A stretch of DNA of 64,000 nucleotides from Candidatus Zhuqueibacterota bacterium (GCA_016783505.1 JADHWK010000007.1:1-64000); one strand, 5' to 3'; shown: positions 10,872 through 21,121, numbered from the stretch's first letter. Translations and numbers: made by a program. Notes: a model not told the origin generated them from the sequence alone.

Positions 10872-11154
10872 TTAAATCAAGTCCTAAATATTCTATAAGA
10901 TTGGTTCAAGTTTGTTATCAGCAGAAATCGGAATGAACGTAGTGAATGGAGACTTCTTTTGATAAGAGTTATCGATTTTCTATCATTCCATTTTTAAATA
11001 TCTACGCCCTGTTTATCATTCTTCGTTTTTTCTTATGCCCAAACAGACGATCAACTTTAAAGAAGATTGACTATTAAGAAATATCCAAATGACCTCTATC
11101 CTTGATTTCATTTCTTAATTTAAGGTTTTAAATACAAAAAGGAATTTATTTAAC

Positions 11155-12159
11155 ATGCATATTTTAGTTACAGGTAATCAGGGGTTTATTGGGTCTTTTT
11201 TGGCACAAGCGCTTCTTGAAGCTGGGCATACTATACGAGGGCTTGACATTAATAATGATGGTAAGCATTTGAATAATTTCCCAACTATTAAAGCTAATAT
11301 ACTCGATAAAAAAGCTGTATCAAAAGCTGTTAAAGGTGTAGAGTGCATTATTCATTTAGCTTCCGAACATAAAGATTTTGGGATTAGTAGCGAGGAATAC
11401 TTCAGTGTGAATGAAAAAGGGACTCGGGTATTATTAGAATGTGCTTCTGAAGCAAGGGTCAACAAATTTATTTTTTTCAGCTCTGTAGCTGTTTATGGGG
11501 ATCAGCAAGCTACCACAGAAGAAACGCCACCAAATCCTACTAATCCCTATGGGGCCTCTAAGTTAGCCGCTGAAAAGGTTATTAAATATTGGGTTTATGA
11601 AAATCCACAGAGACAAGTTGTTATTATTCGTCCAACGGTTGTTTTTGGGCCTCGTAATTTCGCCAACATTTTTAGGTTAATTAAGCAGGTTTGCGATAGG
11701 AGATTTATTTGGATTGGAAAGGGGGATAATATCAAATCAGTTGCTTATGTAGAGAATCTTGTAGCTGCAACCCTATTCCTTTTGGATAGAATGAAACCAG
11801 GTTTAGAGGTATTTAACTATTCGGATGAACCCCATATGAAGACAAGACAATTAGTCAATTTAATTGCAGAAAAAGCCGGTGTTCCTGTTACTAAGTGTAT
11901 AGTACCCTTTGGTTTCGCACTATTTTTCAGCAAAATCTTCGATGCAGTAGGAAGTATAACCGGACATGATTTTCCGATAACATCTGCTCGAATAGAGAAA
12001 TTTGATACACCGACCTATCATAGAGCAGAAAAAATAAAACTATGGCGATTTACCCCAATCTATTCCATTGAAAAGGGGATTGAAATAACTGTTAGTTGGT
12101 ATAACGATGAATATAAACCATTGAAGAGGAAATTATTTTATTCTGAAAGCTTGGATTAG
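11155..12159 (+). CDS. NAD-dependent epimerase/dehydratase
   Basis: VTGNQGFIG, SSVAVYG, YGASK. Confidence 0.92.
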   Translation: MHILVTGNQGFIGSFLAQALLEAGHTIRGLDINNDGKHLNNFPTIKANILDKKAVSKAVKGVECIIHLASEHKDFGISSEEYFSVNEKGTRVLLECASEARVNKFIFFSSVAVYGDQQATTEETPPNPTNPYGASKLAAEKVIKYWVYENPQRQVVIIRPTVVFGPRNFANIFRLIKQVCDRRFIWIGKGDNIKSVAYVENLVAATLFLLDRMKPGLEVFNYSDEPHMKTRQLVNLIAEKAGVPVTKCIVPFGFALFFSKIFDAVGSITGHDFPITSARIEKFDTPTYHRAEKIKLWRFTPIYSIEKGIEITVSWYNDEYKPLKRKLFYSESLD

Positions 12160-12165
12160 ACAATA

Positions 12166-13542
12166 TTGTCAAGACAGAAATTAATATTATTGGTAGTTGA
12201 TTTCTTTACTATCAATCTGGCCTTCTTTCTTGCCTATTGGCTTAGGTTTGAGTCGGGACTTTTTCGGCTGCCCCTTCCGGTACCGCAATTCGTGATCTAC
12301 GGCGGCCTTATTATCTGGGTCTATTGGCTGGTGATATTTACCTTTCGGGGACATTACCGGATCCAGCATGCGGTTTCCCGATTCGATGTATTTGTGAACG
12401 TTTTGAAAACGACCTTCATCGGCGTGCTCATACTCTTTCTCCTTACCACCGATATTTCCCATCCCATAACCCGATCTCGGTCGATCATTGCTAGCTATTG
12501 GTTATTGATGGTCTTTTGGGTTAGCCTGGGAAGGATAACATTCTATACCGTCCAGCGAAATTTGTTTAATAGGGGGATCGGCCTACGGCGGGCGGTGATC
12601 GTGGGGTGTAACGACAGGGGCAAAGACCTCTATAAAAGGCTCAAACGGTATCCGGCGTTGGGTTTTGAGATGGTGGGGTTTGTGGATAAAAAGAATCCGG
12701 CCGAGAATGGTCCGCTCTTTCTGGGCAAAATAAAGAACCTGGCCTCTATCATTGATAATTATAGGATTAATGAGGTGTTAATCGCCCTGGATTCCAAGGA
12801 TCATCGGGAGATCATTCGGGTGATTTCCAGTTGTAACAGTCCCAACATAAGCCTTAAGATTATCCCCGACCTCTACGATATTATCTCCGGCCAGGCGAGG
12901 ACAAACCAGATCTATGGGCTGCCGTTGATTGAGATCTTCCCCGATTTTATGCCCCCATGGGAGCAGGCAGCCAAGCGGGCCATAGATATTGTTTTTTCCC
13001 TATTTATTTTAATCATTACACTGCCCATTTCTATGATCGTTGCTATAGCTGTAAAGGCTGATTCCCGGGGGCCGATTTTCTACCGGCAGAAGCGGGTAGG
13101 AAAGGGTGGGAAGGAGTTTATAATCAATAAATTTCGATCCATGGTACACCGGGCAGAGGACCGCACCGGGGCGGTGTGGGCGGGGAAAGATGATTCCCGT
13201 ATCACCCGGGTGGGACGGGTCATCCGCAGCCTGCGGGTTGATGAAATTCCCCAGTTTATCAATGTCTTAGACGGGGATATGAGTCTGGTAGGACCCCGAC
13301 CTGAACGATCGGTCTTCGTCAAGAAGCTGCGAAAAAAAATTCCCCTGTATGAACGGAGGTTAAACGTGCGGCCTGGCATTACGGGCTGGGCCCAGGTGAA
13401 ACACAAATATGATGAGTCCTTAGACGACGTCAGGGTGAAGCTGCGCTATGATTTCTTTTATCTCGAAAACATGTCCCTGAGGATGGATTTTAAAATTTTA
13501 TTAAATACAATCTGGGTCATAATCAGTAGGAAGGGTCATTAA
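12166..13542 (+). CDS. Polyprenyl-phosphate sugar-1-phosphate transferase (WcaJ/WbaP type)
   Basis: N-terminal TMs, KRAIDI, KFRSM, DEIPQFINVL.GDMSLVGPRPER, PGITGWAQV. Confidence 0.93.
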   Translation: MSRQKLILLVVDFFTINLAFFLAYWLRFESGLFRLPLPVPQFVIYGGLIIWVYWLVIFTFRGHYRIQHAVSRFDVFVNVLKTTFIGVLILFLLTTDISHPITRSRSIIASYWLLMVFWVSLGRITFYTVQRNLFNRGIGLRRAVIVGCNDRGKDLYKRLKRYPALGFEMVGFVDKKNPAENGPLFLGKIKNLASIIDNYRINEVLIALDSKDHREIIRVISSCNSPNISLKIIPDLYDIISGQARTNQIYGLPLIEIFPDFMPPWEQAAKRAIDIVFSLFILIITLPISMIVAIAVKADSRGPIFYRQKRVGKGGKEFIINKFRSMVHRAEDRTGAVWAGKDDSRITRVGRVIRSLRVDEIPQFINVLDGDMSLVGPRPERSVFVKKLRKKIPLYERRLNVRPGITGWAQVKHKYDESLDDVRVKLRYDFFYLENMSLRMDFKILLNTIWVIISRKGH

Positions 13543-13600
13543 GCTTGTAGGGATATTGATTCTGTTGCTGTCATTGAAAGAAAAAAAACGCTGTCAACCC

Positions 13601-13740
13601 ATTTTTGAAGAAGGCGGTGTCCGATTTGCCTATCTTTTTGGATCAATAGCGAATGGAACTTATGGCCCAAAATAAAACATTCGTTGGGGGACTTAGGAGG
13701 GTTTGCTCAGTACTTGATATCCCATCTGAAATTTAAGGGG
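13601..13740 (+). pseudogene. Remnant of an MNT nucleotidyltransferase, possibly followed by the end of a HEPN/DUF86 gene (type VII toxin-antitoxin relic)
   Basis: IFEEGGVRFAYLFGSIANGTYGPK* (13601-13675), then LGDLGGFAQYLISHL in another frame. Confidence 0.5.
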
Positions 13741-13744
13741 TGCG

Positions 13745-14848
13745 ATGAAAATACCGATGGTTGATCTGGTAGACCAGTATCAGAAAATTGAAGCCGAAAT
13801 AGATGGCGCCATTAAGGGGGTTTTAAACTCCGGGGCCTTCATCCAGGGACCCCAGGTCAAGGAGCTGGAAAGGGCGGTCGCCGCATATTTGGAATGCTCC
13901 TATGGGGTCAGCTGTGCCTCGGGGACCGATGCCCTCCAGGTGGCCCTCATAGCCCTGGGGATCGGTGAGGATGATGAAGTTATTATCCCCTCCTTCACCT
14001 TTGTGGCCACCGCTGAAGTTATTGTTCTGTTAAAGGCGCGACTAGTCTTCGTGGACATTGACCCTCGCACCTATACCATTGATGTCTCCCGGATCGAAGG
14101 GGCGATAACTGGAAGGACAAAGGCGATCATTCCGGTCCATCTCTACGGACAGAGTGCGGAAATGGATGGGGTGAACACCATTGCCAGAAAATACGATCTG
14201 AAGGTTATTGAGGATGCGGCTCAAGCCATCGGGGCCACCTACAAGAGTCGGAGGGTGGGCTCGCTGGGTGACGTGGGGTGTCTGAGCTTTTTTCCATCCA
14301 AGAACCTGGGTGCCTACGGGGACGGAGGGATGCTGACTACTGGTGATGAGAATCTGGCCCAGCAGATGAAAATGATCACCCTTCATGGCTCAAATGCTAA
14401 ATATCGTCACCAGATTCTGGGTGTGAACAGCAGACTGGATACCCTGCAAGCTGCCATTTTGCTGGTGAAGCTGAAATACCTGGACGGGTGGAACCAGGCC
14501 CGGGCGGAGAGGGCCGCCCGGTATTCGGCGAGGCTCAAGGACATGGATGTTGTTCTTCCGTTCGTGGAGGAACATAACGGACACGTTTTCCATCAGTATT
14601 CCATCCGGGTCAAGGATCGGGATGGGCTGAGGGGATATCTCTCTGACAAAGGGATAGCTACCGCTGTCCATTATCCCATCCCCCTGCATCTGCAGGAGGC
14701 CTTCCGGTTTTTGGGATACAAGAAGGGCGATTTTCCAGTTTCCGAACAGGTGTCAATGGAGATTCTGTCTCTGCCCATGCATCCTGATCTTAAAGAAGAA
14801 CAAATTGACTTTATTGCAGATACAATCAAAGACTATCTCAAAAACTAA
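13745..14848 (+). CDS. DegT/DnrJ/EryC1/StrS aminotransferase (WbpE-like)
   Basis: SGTDAL, IEDAAQA, SFFPSKNLG.YGDGG, NSRLD. Confidence 0.93.
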   Translation: MKIPMVDLVDQYQKIEAEIDGAIKGVLNSGAFIQGPQVKELERAVAAYLECSYGVSCASGTDALQVALIALGIGEDDEVIIPSFTFVATAEVIVLLKARLVFVDIDPRTYTIDVSRIEGAITGRTKAIIPVHLYGQSAEMDGVNTIARKYDLKVIEDAAQAIGATYKSRRVGSLGDVGCLSFFPSKNLGAYGDGGMLTTGDENLAQQMKMITLHGSNAKYRHQILGVNSRLDTLQAAILLVKLKYLDGWNQARAERAARYSARLKDMDVVLPFVEEHNGHVFHQYSIRVKDRDGLRGYLSDKGIATAVHYPIPLHLQEAFRFLGYKKGDFPVSEQVSMEILSLPMHPDLKEEQIDFIADTIKDYLKN

Positions 14849-14910
14849 AAGGCTGAAGAGAGCATAAAAGGTAAAAAAGGTTTTACCCATAACAATTCAG
14901 GGGCAACATG

Positions 14911-15250
14911 AAAATATCGAATATCGAACAACAAATTTCGAATGTTGTTGAAAATTCCAAATCACAATTTCCAAATCACAAACAAATCCTATCCCGAATA
15001 TTCGGGAACCAAATGTTCAAACCCAACCACGTTTTGGTCGTTCATACGGATGATCCGTTCTTCAGACCCGTCTGGGTAGGAGGCTACGCTCCCCGTTTGG
15101 GTCATTAAAATTTTGATCATTTGATATTATTTGCCTGCCCGGTCCGCCGTGCCCGGCTAGGGTAGAAGACTACGCTCCCAGGGGAATTTGGTGCTTCGGT
15201 CAGGCGCCCGACTGATGGAATTTGGAATTTATCCCGAACCTTCGGGATGG
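14911..15250 (+). repeat. Heptamer-repeat long inverted repeat with nested palindromes
   Basis: AAATTCC/AAATCAC/AATTTCC/AAATCAC left arm and GGAATTT/GGTGCTT/GGAATTT right arm, interrupted by ATCCCGAAnnTTCGGGA and TCGGTCAGGCGCCCGACTGA. Confidence 0.75.
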
Positions 15251-15319
15251 AGCAATTATTTTGTAGCTAATTCTTAGAATTTCCGAGACGTTTAAATATC
15301 ATTAATATGGACTCCGCCC

Positions 15320-16588
15320 ATGCTGGATCTGCACTTCATACGGAACAACCTGGAATTAGTTCGAGCGGGAATTCGAAATAAAGGGGAAAAGGACGAACTG
15401 GATCGTCTGCTGGCCCTGGATGACGAACGGAAGAATCTTTTAAGCGAGGTGGAAACCCTGAGGCATCGCCGTAATGTCGTTTCCAAACAAATCGGGGAGC
15501 TGCAAAAACAAAGACAGAATGCCGACCATTTGATTGCAGAGATGAGGATAGTATCCCAAAAGGTCAAGGATTTCGACCAAAAGTTGAGGGGGGTGGAGGA
15601 AAATCTGGAAGCGCTTATGCTCACCATTCCTAACGTTCCCCATCCCTCAACCCCGGTGGGGGATGGACCCCAGGGTAACAGCGAGGTGAGGCGCTGGGGA
15701 GAACCGAATGAGTTTGATTTCCCCGTCCTGGATCACCTGAAACTGGGGGAACGACTGGACATTCTGGACTTCAAACGGGCTTCCAAAATAGTGGGGTCGG
15801 GTTTTCCCCTTTATAAAGGATTGGGTGCCCAACTGGAGCGGGCCCTGCTGAACTTTATGCTGGACCTTCATATCCAAAAGCACGGCTATCGGGAGATCCT
15901 TCCCCCCTTTCTGGCCAACCGGCGAACGATGGTGGGCACCGGTCAACTGCCGAAGCTAGAACATGACATGTATCATGTAGAAGGGGAGGACTACTTTTTA
16001 ATTCCCACCGCCGAGGTGCCCCTAACCAACCTTCATCAGGACGAGGTTTTAAGCGGGGATGACCTTCCCTTAAACTACGTGGCCTATTCCGCCTGTTTCC
16101 GTAGAGAAGCGGGCTCCTGGGGAAAGGATACCCGGGGGTTTCTGCGGGTACATCAGTTTAACAAGGTGGAATTGGTCAAGATCGTCAAGCCGGAGGATTC
16201 CTGCGATGCCCTGGAAACCCTTGTAAGGCAGGCAGAGACGGTCTGTCAGGAGTTGGAAATTCCCTATCGGGTGGTGGAGCTGTGCACCGCAGATTTGGGT
16301 TTTGCCGCTACCAAGTGTTACGACATTGAGGTGTGGTCGCCGGCTGAAGGGAGATGGCTGGAGGCTTCCTCCTGCAGCAACTTCGAGGATTTCCAGGCCC
16401 GGCGGGCCAACATCCATTTCCGGAGGGGGCCGGGGGCAAAGCTGGAATATGTTCACACCCTGAACGGATCGGCACTGGCCACCTCCCGGCTGATGGTGGC
16501 CCTGCTGGAAAACTACCAGACCGACGAGGGGACAGTGATGGTGCCCCGGGTGCTGAAGAAGTATATAGGGGTGGGAGTGATAAAATAA
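15320..16588 (+). CDS. serS: Seryl-tRNA synthetase
   Basis: MLD, LIPTAEVP, FRREAG, RVHQF.KVE, SSCSN..DFQARR, HTLNGS.LA. Confidence 0.98.
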   Translation: MLDLHFIRNNLELVRAGIRNKGEKDELDRLLALDDERKNLLSEVETLRHRRNVVSKQIGELQKQRQNADHLIAEMRIVSQKVKDFDQKLRGVEENLEALMLTIPNVPHPSTPVGDGPQGNSEVRRWGEPNEFDFPVLDHLKLGERLDILDFKRASKIVGSGFPLYKGLGAQLERALLNFMLDLHIQKHGYREILPPFLANRRTMVGTGQLPKLEHDMYHVEGEDYFLIPTAEVPLTNLHQDEVLSGDDLPLNYVAYSACFRREAGSWGKDTRGFLRVHQFNKVELVKIVKPEDSCDALETLVRQAETVCQELEIPYRVVELCTADLGFAATKCYDIEVWSPAEGRWLEASSCSNFEDFQARRANIHFRRGPGAKLEYVHTLNGSALATSRLMVALLENYQTDEGTVMVPRVLKKYIGVGVIK

Positions 16589-16636
16589 ATCATAACGTTA
16601 TATGAAATTTACATCTTGCTAAGAAAGGGAAGTTAG

Positions 16637-17575
16637 ATGATTCCTTTTTCACAGAGGCACAGGGAAGCAATAGATAATAAGAAATTGACTGTATTTATAT
16701 CTAAAAGAGTTAAGCAAAAAATAGTTTATTGTATGCAAAACTATAATATACATTATGAATTGGAACCAGAGGGTTCATTCAATCCTATAGAATGTTCAAT
16801 ATTTTATGACGATTTGAAACGAAGCCTTATTGAAAATTATGGGGTAGCCTCTCTTAAAGTCTATGTAGACGATGTATTTCAGGAGACAGAAGATGTTAAA
16901 CAATTTATTCTTGGTACTAAACACGAGTATGTTCTTGATGCGATTGAACTATATATTACTCTTATTAGTGAACCAGATAAAGCATTAGATTTCCAAAAAG
17001 AGTGTAATCAAATATTCAAATCAGAAAATTCTCCCCTTAGAATTCTTGATGGTTTCATAATTAAATTAGATTCCGATTTTTTGGAAAGTGAAATACTAAA
17101 CAAAGCATTTGAACTCCTTGAAAACAATTATTTTGAAAAGGCATGTCGGGATTTTCTCAATGCTCGAAATAAATTCACTGCTGGAGATTATTCCGGGACA
17201 ATTATGGAGGCAAATAATGCGATTGAAAGTACTCTAAAGAAAGTGCTTTATAAGGATAGAGGCGAACAAGGAAATTTGAAAAAATGGTTAATGAAATCAG
17301 GTATTATTCCAGATTATTTTCAAGGATTTTGTGATCATTTTAAGGGTTTGCTGCAGGCTGCTTTTACAATAGCAAATGAATCATCACGACATGGTAAAAA
17401 GGAAATACCTGATAAAAAAAATGAAGTCGATCGTGCAGTTGCTTCATTCTTCTTACATCTGACAGGTTCATTGATTGTTTTTATTATGGAAAGGTATCAA
17501 GAAAAATTACCAGAGCCAGAGATGGAAAGGCATAAAGAAAATTTACCGGAGCCAGAGGAAGATTTGCCTTTTTGA
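16637..17575 (+). CDS. AT-rich AbiJ-N/Abi_C (HEPN-like) protein, candidate anti-phage gene
   Basis: FSQR N-terminus, VLDAIE, CNQIF, ANNAIESTLK, N..S.RHG helical C-domain; much more AT-rich than serS and trkA. Confidence 0.55.
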   Translation: MIPFSQRHREAIDNKKLTVFISKRVKQKIVYCMQNYNIHYELEPEGSFNPIECSIFYDDLKRSLIENYGVASLKVYVDDVFQETEDVKQFILGTKHEYVLDAIELYITLISEPDKALDFQKECNQIFKSENSPLRILDGFIIKLDSDFLESEILNKAFELLENNYFEKACRDFLNARNKFTAGDYSGTIMEANNAIESTLKKVLYKDRGEQGNLKKWLMKSGIIPDYFQGFCDHFKGLLQAAFTIANESSRHGKKEIPDKKNEVDRAVASFFLHLTGSLIVFIMERYQEKLPEPEMERHKENLPEPEEDLPF

Positions 17576-17689
17576 TTTGGAATGTAATTTCATTTAGCAC
17601 TTTTAAAAGCTGTAGGCAAAAGAAAAAATTCTTGCTTCACAAAAAGTGACTAACTTTATTATTATCTTTTTAATCTTTGGGGGATAAAC

Positions 17690-19036
17690 TTGCGTATTAT
17701 CCTTATCGGTGCCGGCGAAGTCGGGTCTTACTTAGCTGAGGTTTTATCCCAGGAAGGCCACGACGTCACAGTGATTGAAGAAGATCATGAGAACTGTCAG
17801 CGGATCGCCAATTTGTTGGATGTGCTGGTCATCGAGGGCAGTGGGGCCAGTAGCGAAAATCTGATGAGGGCGGGGGTTAAAGACACCGACATCATCATCG
17901 CCGTTTCCGCTGTTGACGAGATCAACATCGTCGCCTGCATGATGGCCCGGGAGTTCGGGGTGGCCACCAAGATAGCCCGCATCCGCAACCTTGAGTATTC
18001 CTCGGAAGGGGCGGTGCTGCCCCTTGAGAAAATTGGTATTGATCTGGTCATTCATCCTGAGCTGGAAGCCGCCAGAGAGATCCTGAGGCTGATCAAATAT
18101 TCTCAGGCCACTGACGTGTTGGAATTTGCCGGGGGAGCGGTGCAGATGGTGGGGGTTAAAGTTACCGATGATGCCCCGATCAAGGGAATGACGATGCGCG
18201 AGACGGCAGCCACCTTTCCCAAATTAACCTTTCGGACAGTGGCTATCAAACGTAATAAAAAGAGCCTCATCCCCCGGGGGGAGGATAAGTTCGAAGCGGG
18301 TGATCTGGTATATGTTATCTCCACCAAGGAATGTATCCCTGGGGTCTTCAGCATGGCCGGTCGGGCGGAAAAGGAGAGCAAGAACGTTATGATTTTAGGC
18401 GGGGGCAAGATCGGGCGTATGGTGGCCCAGGAGCTGGAAAAAGAAGGGGGTTACTTAGTCAAGCTGATCGAATCCAACCAGGAGAAATCACAATTAATCG
18501 CCGGCATGCTCAAGGATACCATGGTCATTCACGGGGACGGGCTGGACGTTGACCTCTTGGCCCAGGAAGGTATCGTTGACATGGATGTCTACATTGCCCT
18601 CACCGATGATGACGAGAGCAATATCGTATCCAGTCTGATGGCCAGCCACTTGCGAGTTCCCCGGACGATCACCTTGATCAGCAAGGGAGAATACCTGCCC
18701 ATCATCAATACCATCGGCCTGGACGTGGCCGTGAACAAGCGCATCATTACCGCCGGGGTGATCCTGAAATATGTCAGGCCGGGACGCATCGCTTCCATAG
18801 CCCGAGTAAAGGGGATCAATGCTGAGATTATCGAATTTGATCTGACTGAAAAGAAGGGTCTCGTCAATGTCCCTTTAAAAGATCTTCATTTTCCCCAGGG
18901 GATGATCGTGGGGGCTATACTCCACAATGGGGTGGTGGCGGTTCCCACCGGAGATGATCGGATGAGGGGGGGTGACCGGGCCATCGTATTCGCCCTGCCG
19001 GAAGCAGTAAAAAAAGTGGAAAAGATATTTCAATAG
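17690..19036 (+). CDS. trkA: Trk potassium uptake regulatory subunit
   Basis: Two RCK domains (GAGEVG, GGGKIG), about 450 aa. Confidence 0.95.
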   Translation: MRIILIGAGEVGSYLAEVLSQEGHDVTVIEEDHENCQRIANLLDVLVIEGSGASSENLMRAGVKDTDIIIAVSAVDEINIVACMMAREFGVATKIARIRNLEYSSEGAVLPLEKIGIDLVIHPELEAAREILRLIKYSQATDVLEFAGGAVQMVGVKVTDDAPIKGMTMRETAATFPKLTFRTVAIKRNKKSLIPRGEDKFEAGDLVYVISTKECIPGVFSMAGRAEKESKNVMILGGGKIGRMVAQELEKEGGYLVKLIESNQEKSQLIAGMLKDTMVIHGDGLDVDLLAQEGIVDMDVYIALTDDDESNIVSSLMASHLRVPRTITLISKGEYLPIINTIGLDVAVNKRIITAGVILKYVRPGRIASIARVKGINAEIIEFDLTEKKGLVNVPLKDLHFPQGMIVGAILHNGVVAVPTGDDRMRGGDRAIVFALPEAVKKVEKIFQ

Positions 19037-19052
19037 GGATCCCTTCTCCGGT

Positions 19053-20498
19053 ATGAACGTTAACAAAGTCCTGCACACCCTCGGGTTTCTACTCATCTTC
19101 CTCGCCCTATTTATGATCCTGCCTTTGTTCTTCTCCCTTTACTATAAAGACGGGGATCATTTTGCAATTTTGCTTTCCGCAGGAATAACAGCTACCTGCG
19201 GTTTTTTGTTATGGGCTCTCACTCCTGGGGAAAAAGAGCTTTCTGTCCGGGACAGCTTCGCTATCGTCACCTTAGGCTGGATTGCCATGGCCTGCTTCGG
19301 CACCCTGCCCTATCTCCTTTCGGGGACGTTATCCTCCTTTACCAACGCTCTGTTCGAGTCTATGTCGGGGTTTACCACCACCGGGGCTACCATCCTTCAG
19401 AATATTGAAGCTCTGCCCCACGGGGTGCTCTTCTGGCGCAGCCTCACCCACTGGATCGGGGGGATGGGCATCATCGTCCTCTCATTGGCCATCCTGCCCC
19501 TGCTGGGGGTGGGGGGGATGCAGCTCTTCCAGGCCGAGGTTCCTGGGTTGGTGATGGATAAGATCAGTCCCCGCATCCAGCAGACGGCCAAGATCCTGTG
19601 GGGGGTCTACCTGCTGTTGACTGTCCTGGAAACGGCCCTCCTGTTTTTCGGCGGGATGTCCCTTTTCGACGCCCTGTGTCATACATTCGGCACCCTGGCA
19701 ACGGGGGGGTTCTCCACAAAAAATGCCTCCATCGGTCATTTTGGGAGCGCTTACATTCACTATGTTATCATTATCTTCATGCTGATAGCGGGCGCCAACT
19801 TTGCCCTTCACTACCGTGCCCTGATGGGTAACTTCAGGAGCTATCTCAAAGACCGAGAATTTAATTTCTATATAGGAATGATCGTGGCAGCCTTTTTAAT
19901 TGTGACCCTCTTTAATTACCACGGACATCATTATTCCAGTCTTCCTGAGGTCATTCGAAAGTCCCTGTTTCAGGTCGTATCCATTCAGACCACCACTGGA
20001 TATGTGATCGCCGATTTTGAACAATGGTCAATTCTCTGTCAGTTTTTACTGCTCACCTTGATGTTTGTGGGGGGCTGCGCTGGTTCTACGGGTGGGGCCA
20101 TGAAGGTGATGCGGATTATGTTGCTCCTTCGCCACGGATTGCGGGAGCTCAAGCGGCTCATCCACCCCCGGGCTGTTCTTCCGTTACGCATCGGGGAGAA
20201 GGTCATCCCCGACGGGGCCGTGACCAATATCCTAGGTTTTTTCTTTCTCTATATGTTAATTTTTGTCCTCGCTACCCTATTGATGGCCTCGCTGGGTTTA
20301 GACCTGGTCAGTGCCATCGCCTCGGTGGCGGCCACCATCGGGAACATCGGTCCCGGTTTGGGGTCAGTGGGGCCTACGGACAACTATGCCCACATCCCGT
20401 TGCTGGGAAAATGGATTCTGCTGTCCTGTATGTTACTGGGAAGGCTTGAGATTTATACGGTGTTAATCATCTTCAGTAGTAGCTTTTGGAAGAAATAG
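19053..20498 (+). CDS. trkH: Trk potassium uptake permease
   Basis: SGFTTTG, TGGFS, GGCAGSTGG..K, NIGPG, GRLE. Confidence 0.96.
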   Translation: MNVNKVLHTLGFLLIFLALFMILPLFFSLYYKDGDHFAILLSAGITATCGFLLWALTPGEKELSVRDSFAIVTLGWIAMACFGTLPYLLSGTLSSFTNALFESMSGFTTTGATILQNIEALPHGVLFWRSLTHWIGGMGIIVLSLAILPLLGVGGMQLFQAEVPGLVMDKISPRIQQTAKILWGVYLLLTVLETALLFFGGMSLFDALCHTFGTLATGGFSTKNASIGHFGSAYIHYVIIIFMLIAGANFALHYRALMGNFRSYLKDREFNFYIGMIVAAFLIVTLFNYHGHHYSSLPEVIRKSLFQVVSIQTTTGYVIADFEQWSILCQFLLLTLMFVGGCAGSTGGAMKVMRIMLLLRHGLRELKRLIHPRAVLPLRIGEKVIPDGAVTNILGFFFLYMLIFVLATLLMASLGLDLVSAIASVAATIGNIGPGLGSVGPTDNYAHIPLLGKWILLSCMLLGRLEIYTVLIIFSSSFWKK

Positions 20499-20551
20499 AA
20501 TGTTTTTTGGTCCCGATAAATAAAAAAAGAAAGACAAACCCTAAAAAATAC

Positions 20552-20580
20552 TTGACTTTTTCTGAAAAATTTCCTATTTT
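20552..20580 (+). promoter_or_regulatory. Sigma70-type promoter
   Basis: TTGACT-17 nt-TATTTT upstream of an AGGAGG SD. Confidence 0.6.
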
Positions 20581-20627
20581 ATCTTTGAGATTAATAAATA
20601 AGATTTATTAATTTAGGAGGGTGAGAG

Positions 20628-20927
20628 ATGAGGGGAAAGGTATTTGTTCTCGGTCTGGCGCTGACGGTTTTGATGGCCTTCTGCCTGGCTTCTGTATCCT
20701 TTGGGATTAGCAAGAAACCCAAGGAGGAAGCTCCACCGCCTGTCGAAGAAGTCTCCCCGGCGATAGAAGAACCTGCTCCGATTGAGGAGGTAAAGGAAGC
20801 AGAGGTTGTCCCCGAGGAAGAAGTTGCACCTGCTGAGACCACCGCTGTGGAGGTGGAAGAAGAAGTAGAGAAGGAAGAACCAGAGGAGGAGGGGGTAGAA
20901 AAAGAAGAGGCTCCCCCTGAAGAATAA
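20628..20927 (+). CDS. Small secreted or membrane-anchored Glu/Pro-rich protein
   Basis: Strong SD, signal-like N-terminus, acidic low-complexity tail, own promoter and terminator. Confidence 0.8.
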   Translation: MRGKVFVLGLALTVLMAFCLASVSFGISKKPKEEAPPPVEEVSPAIEEPAPIEEVKEAEVVPEEEVAPAETTAVEVEEEVEKEEPEEEGVEKEEAPPEE

Positions 20928-20977
20928 CCAAATTTTCCACCGGTTATAGGACGGAAAAAGATTTGGTCACCACTAAG

Positions 20978-21010
20978 AACCCACCCTACCCAGGGGTGGG
21001 TTTTTTATTT
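20978..21010 (+). terminator. Intrinsic terminator
   Basis: AACCCACCC-loop-GGGTGGGTT followed by a T run. Confidence 0.85.
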
Positions 21011-21031
21011 CAAAATTAACTGACTTTTTGG

Positions 21032-21060
21032 TTGATTATTTGGTTCCTAAACGTTAAATT
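21032..21060 (+). promoter_or_regulatory. Putative promoter of hydrogenase operon
   Basis: TTGATT-17 nt-TAAATT. Confidence 0.45.
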
Positions 21061-21121
21061 AATAAAAAAGAACTGATAAGCCGATTAGGTTCGGTGGAAT
21101 TGTGAAGAAGGAGTGCGGGTT

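Noticed and set aside
14908-15108. 66-aa ORF from the track
   Set aside because: It is a translation of heptamer repeats and palindromes
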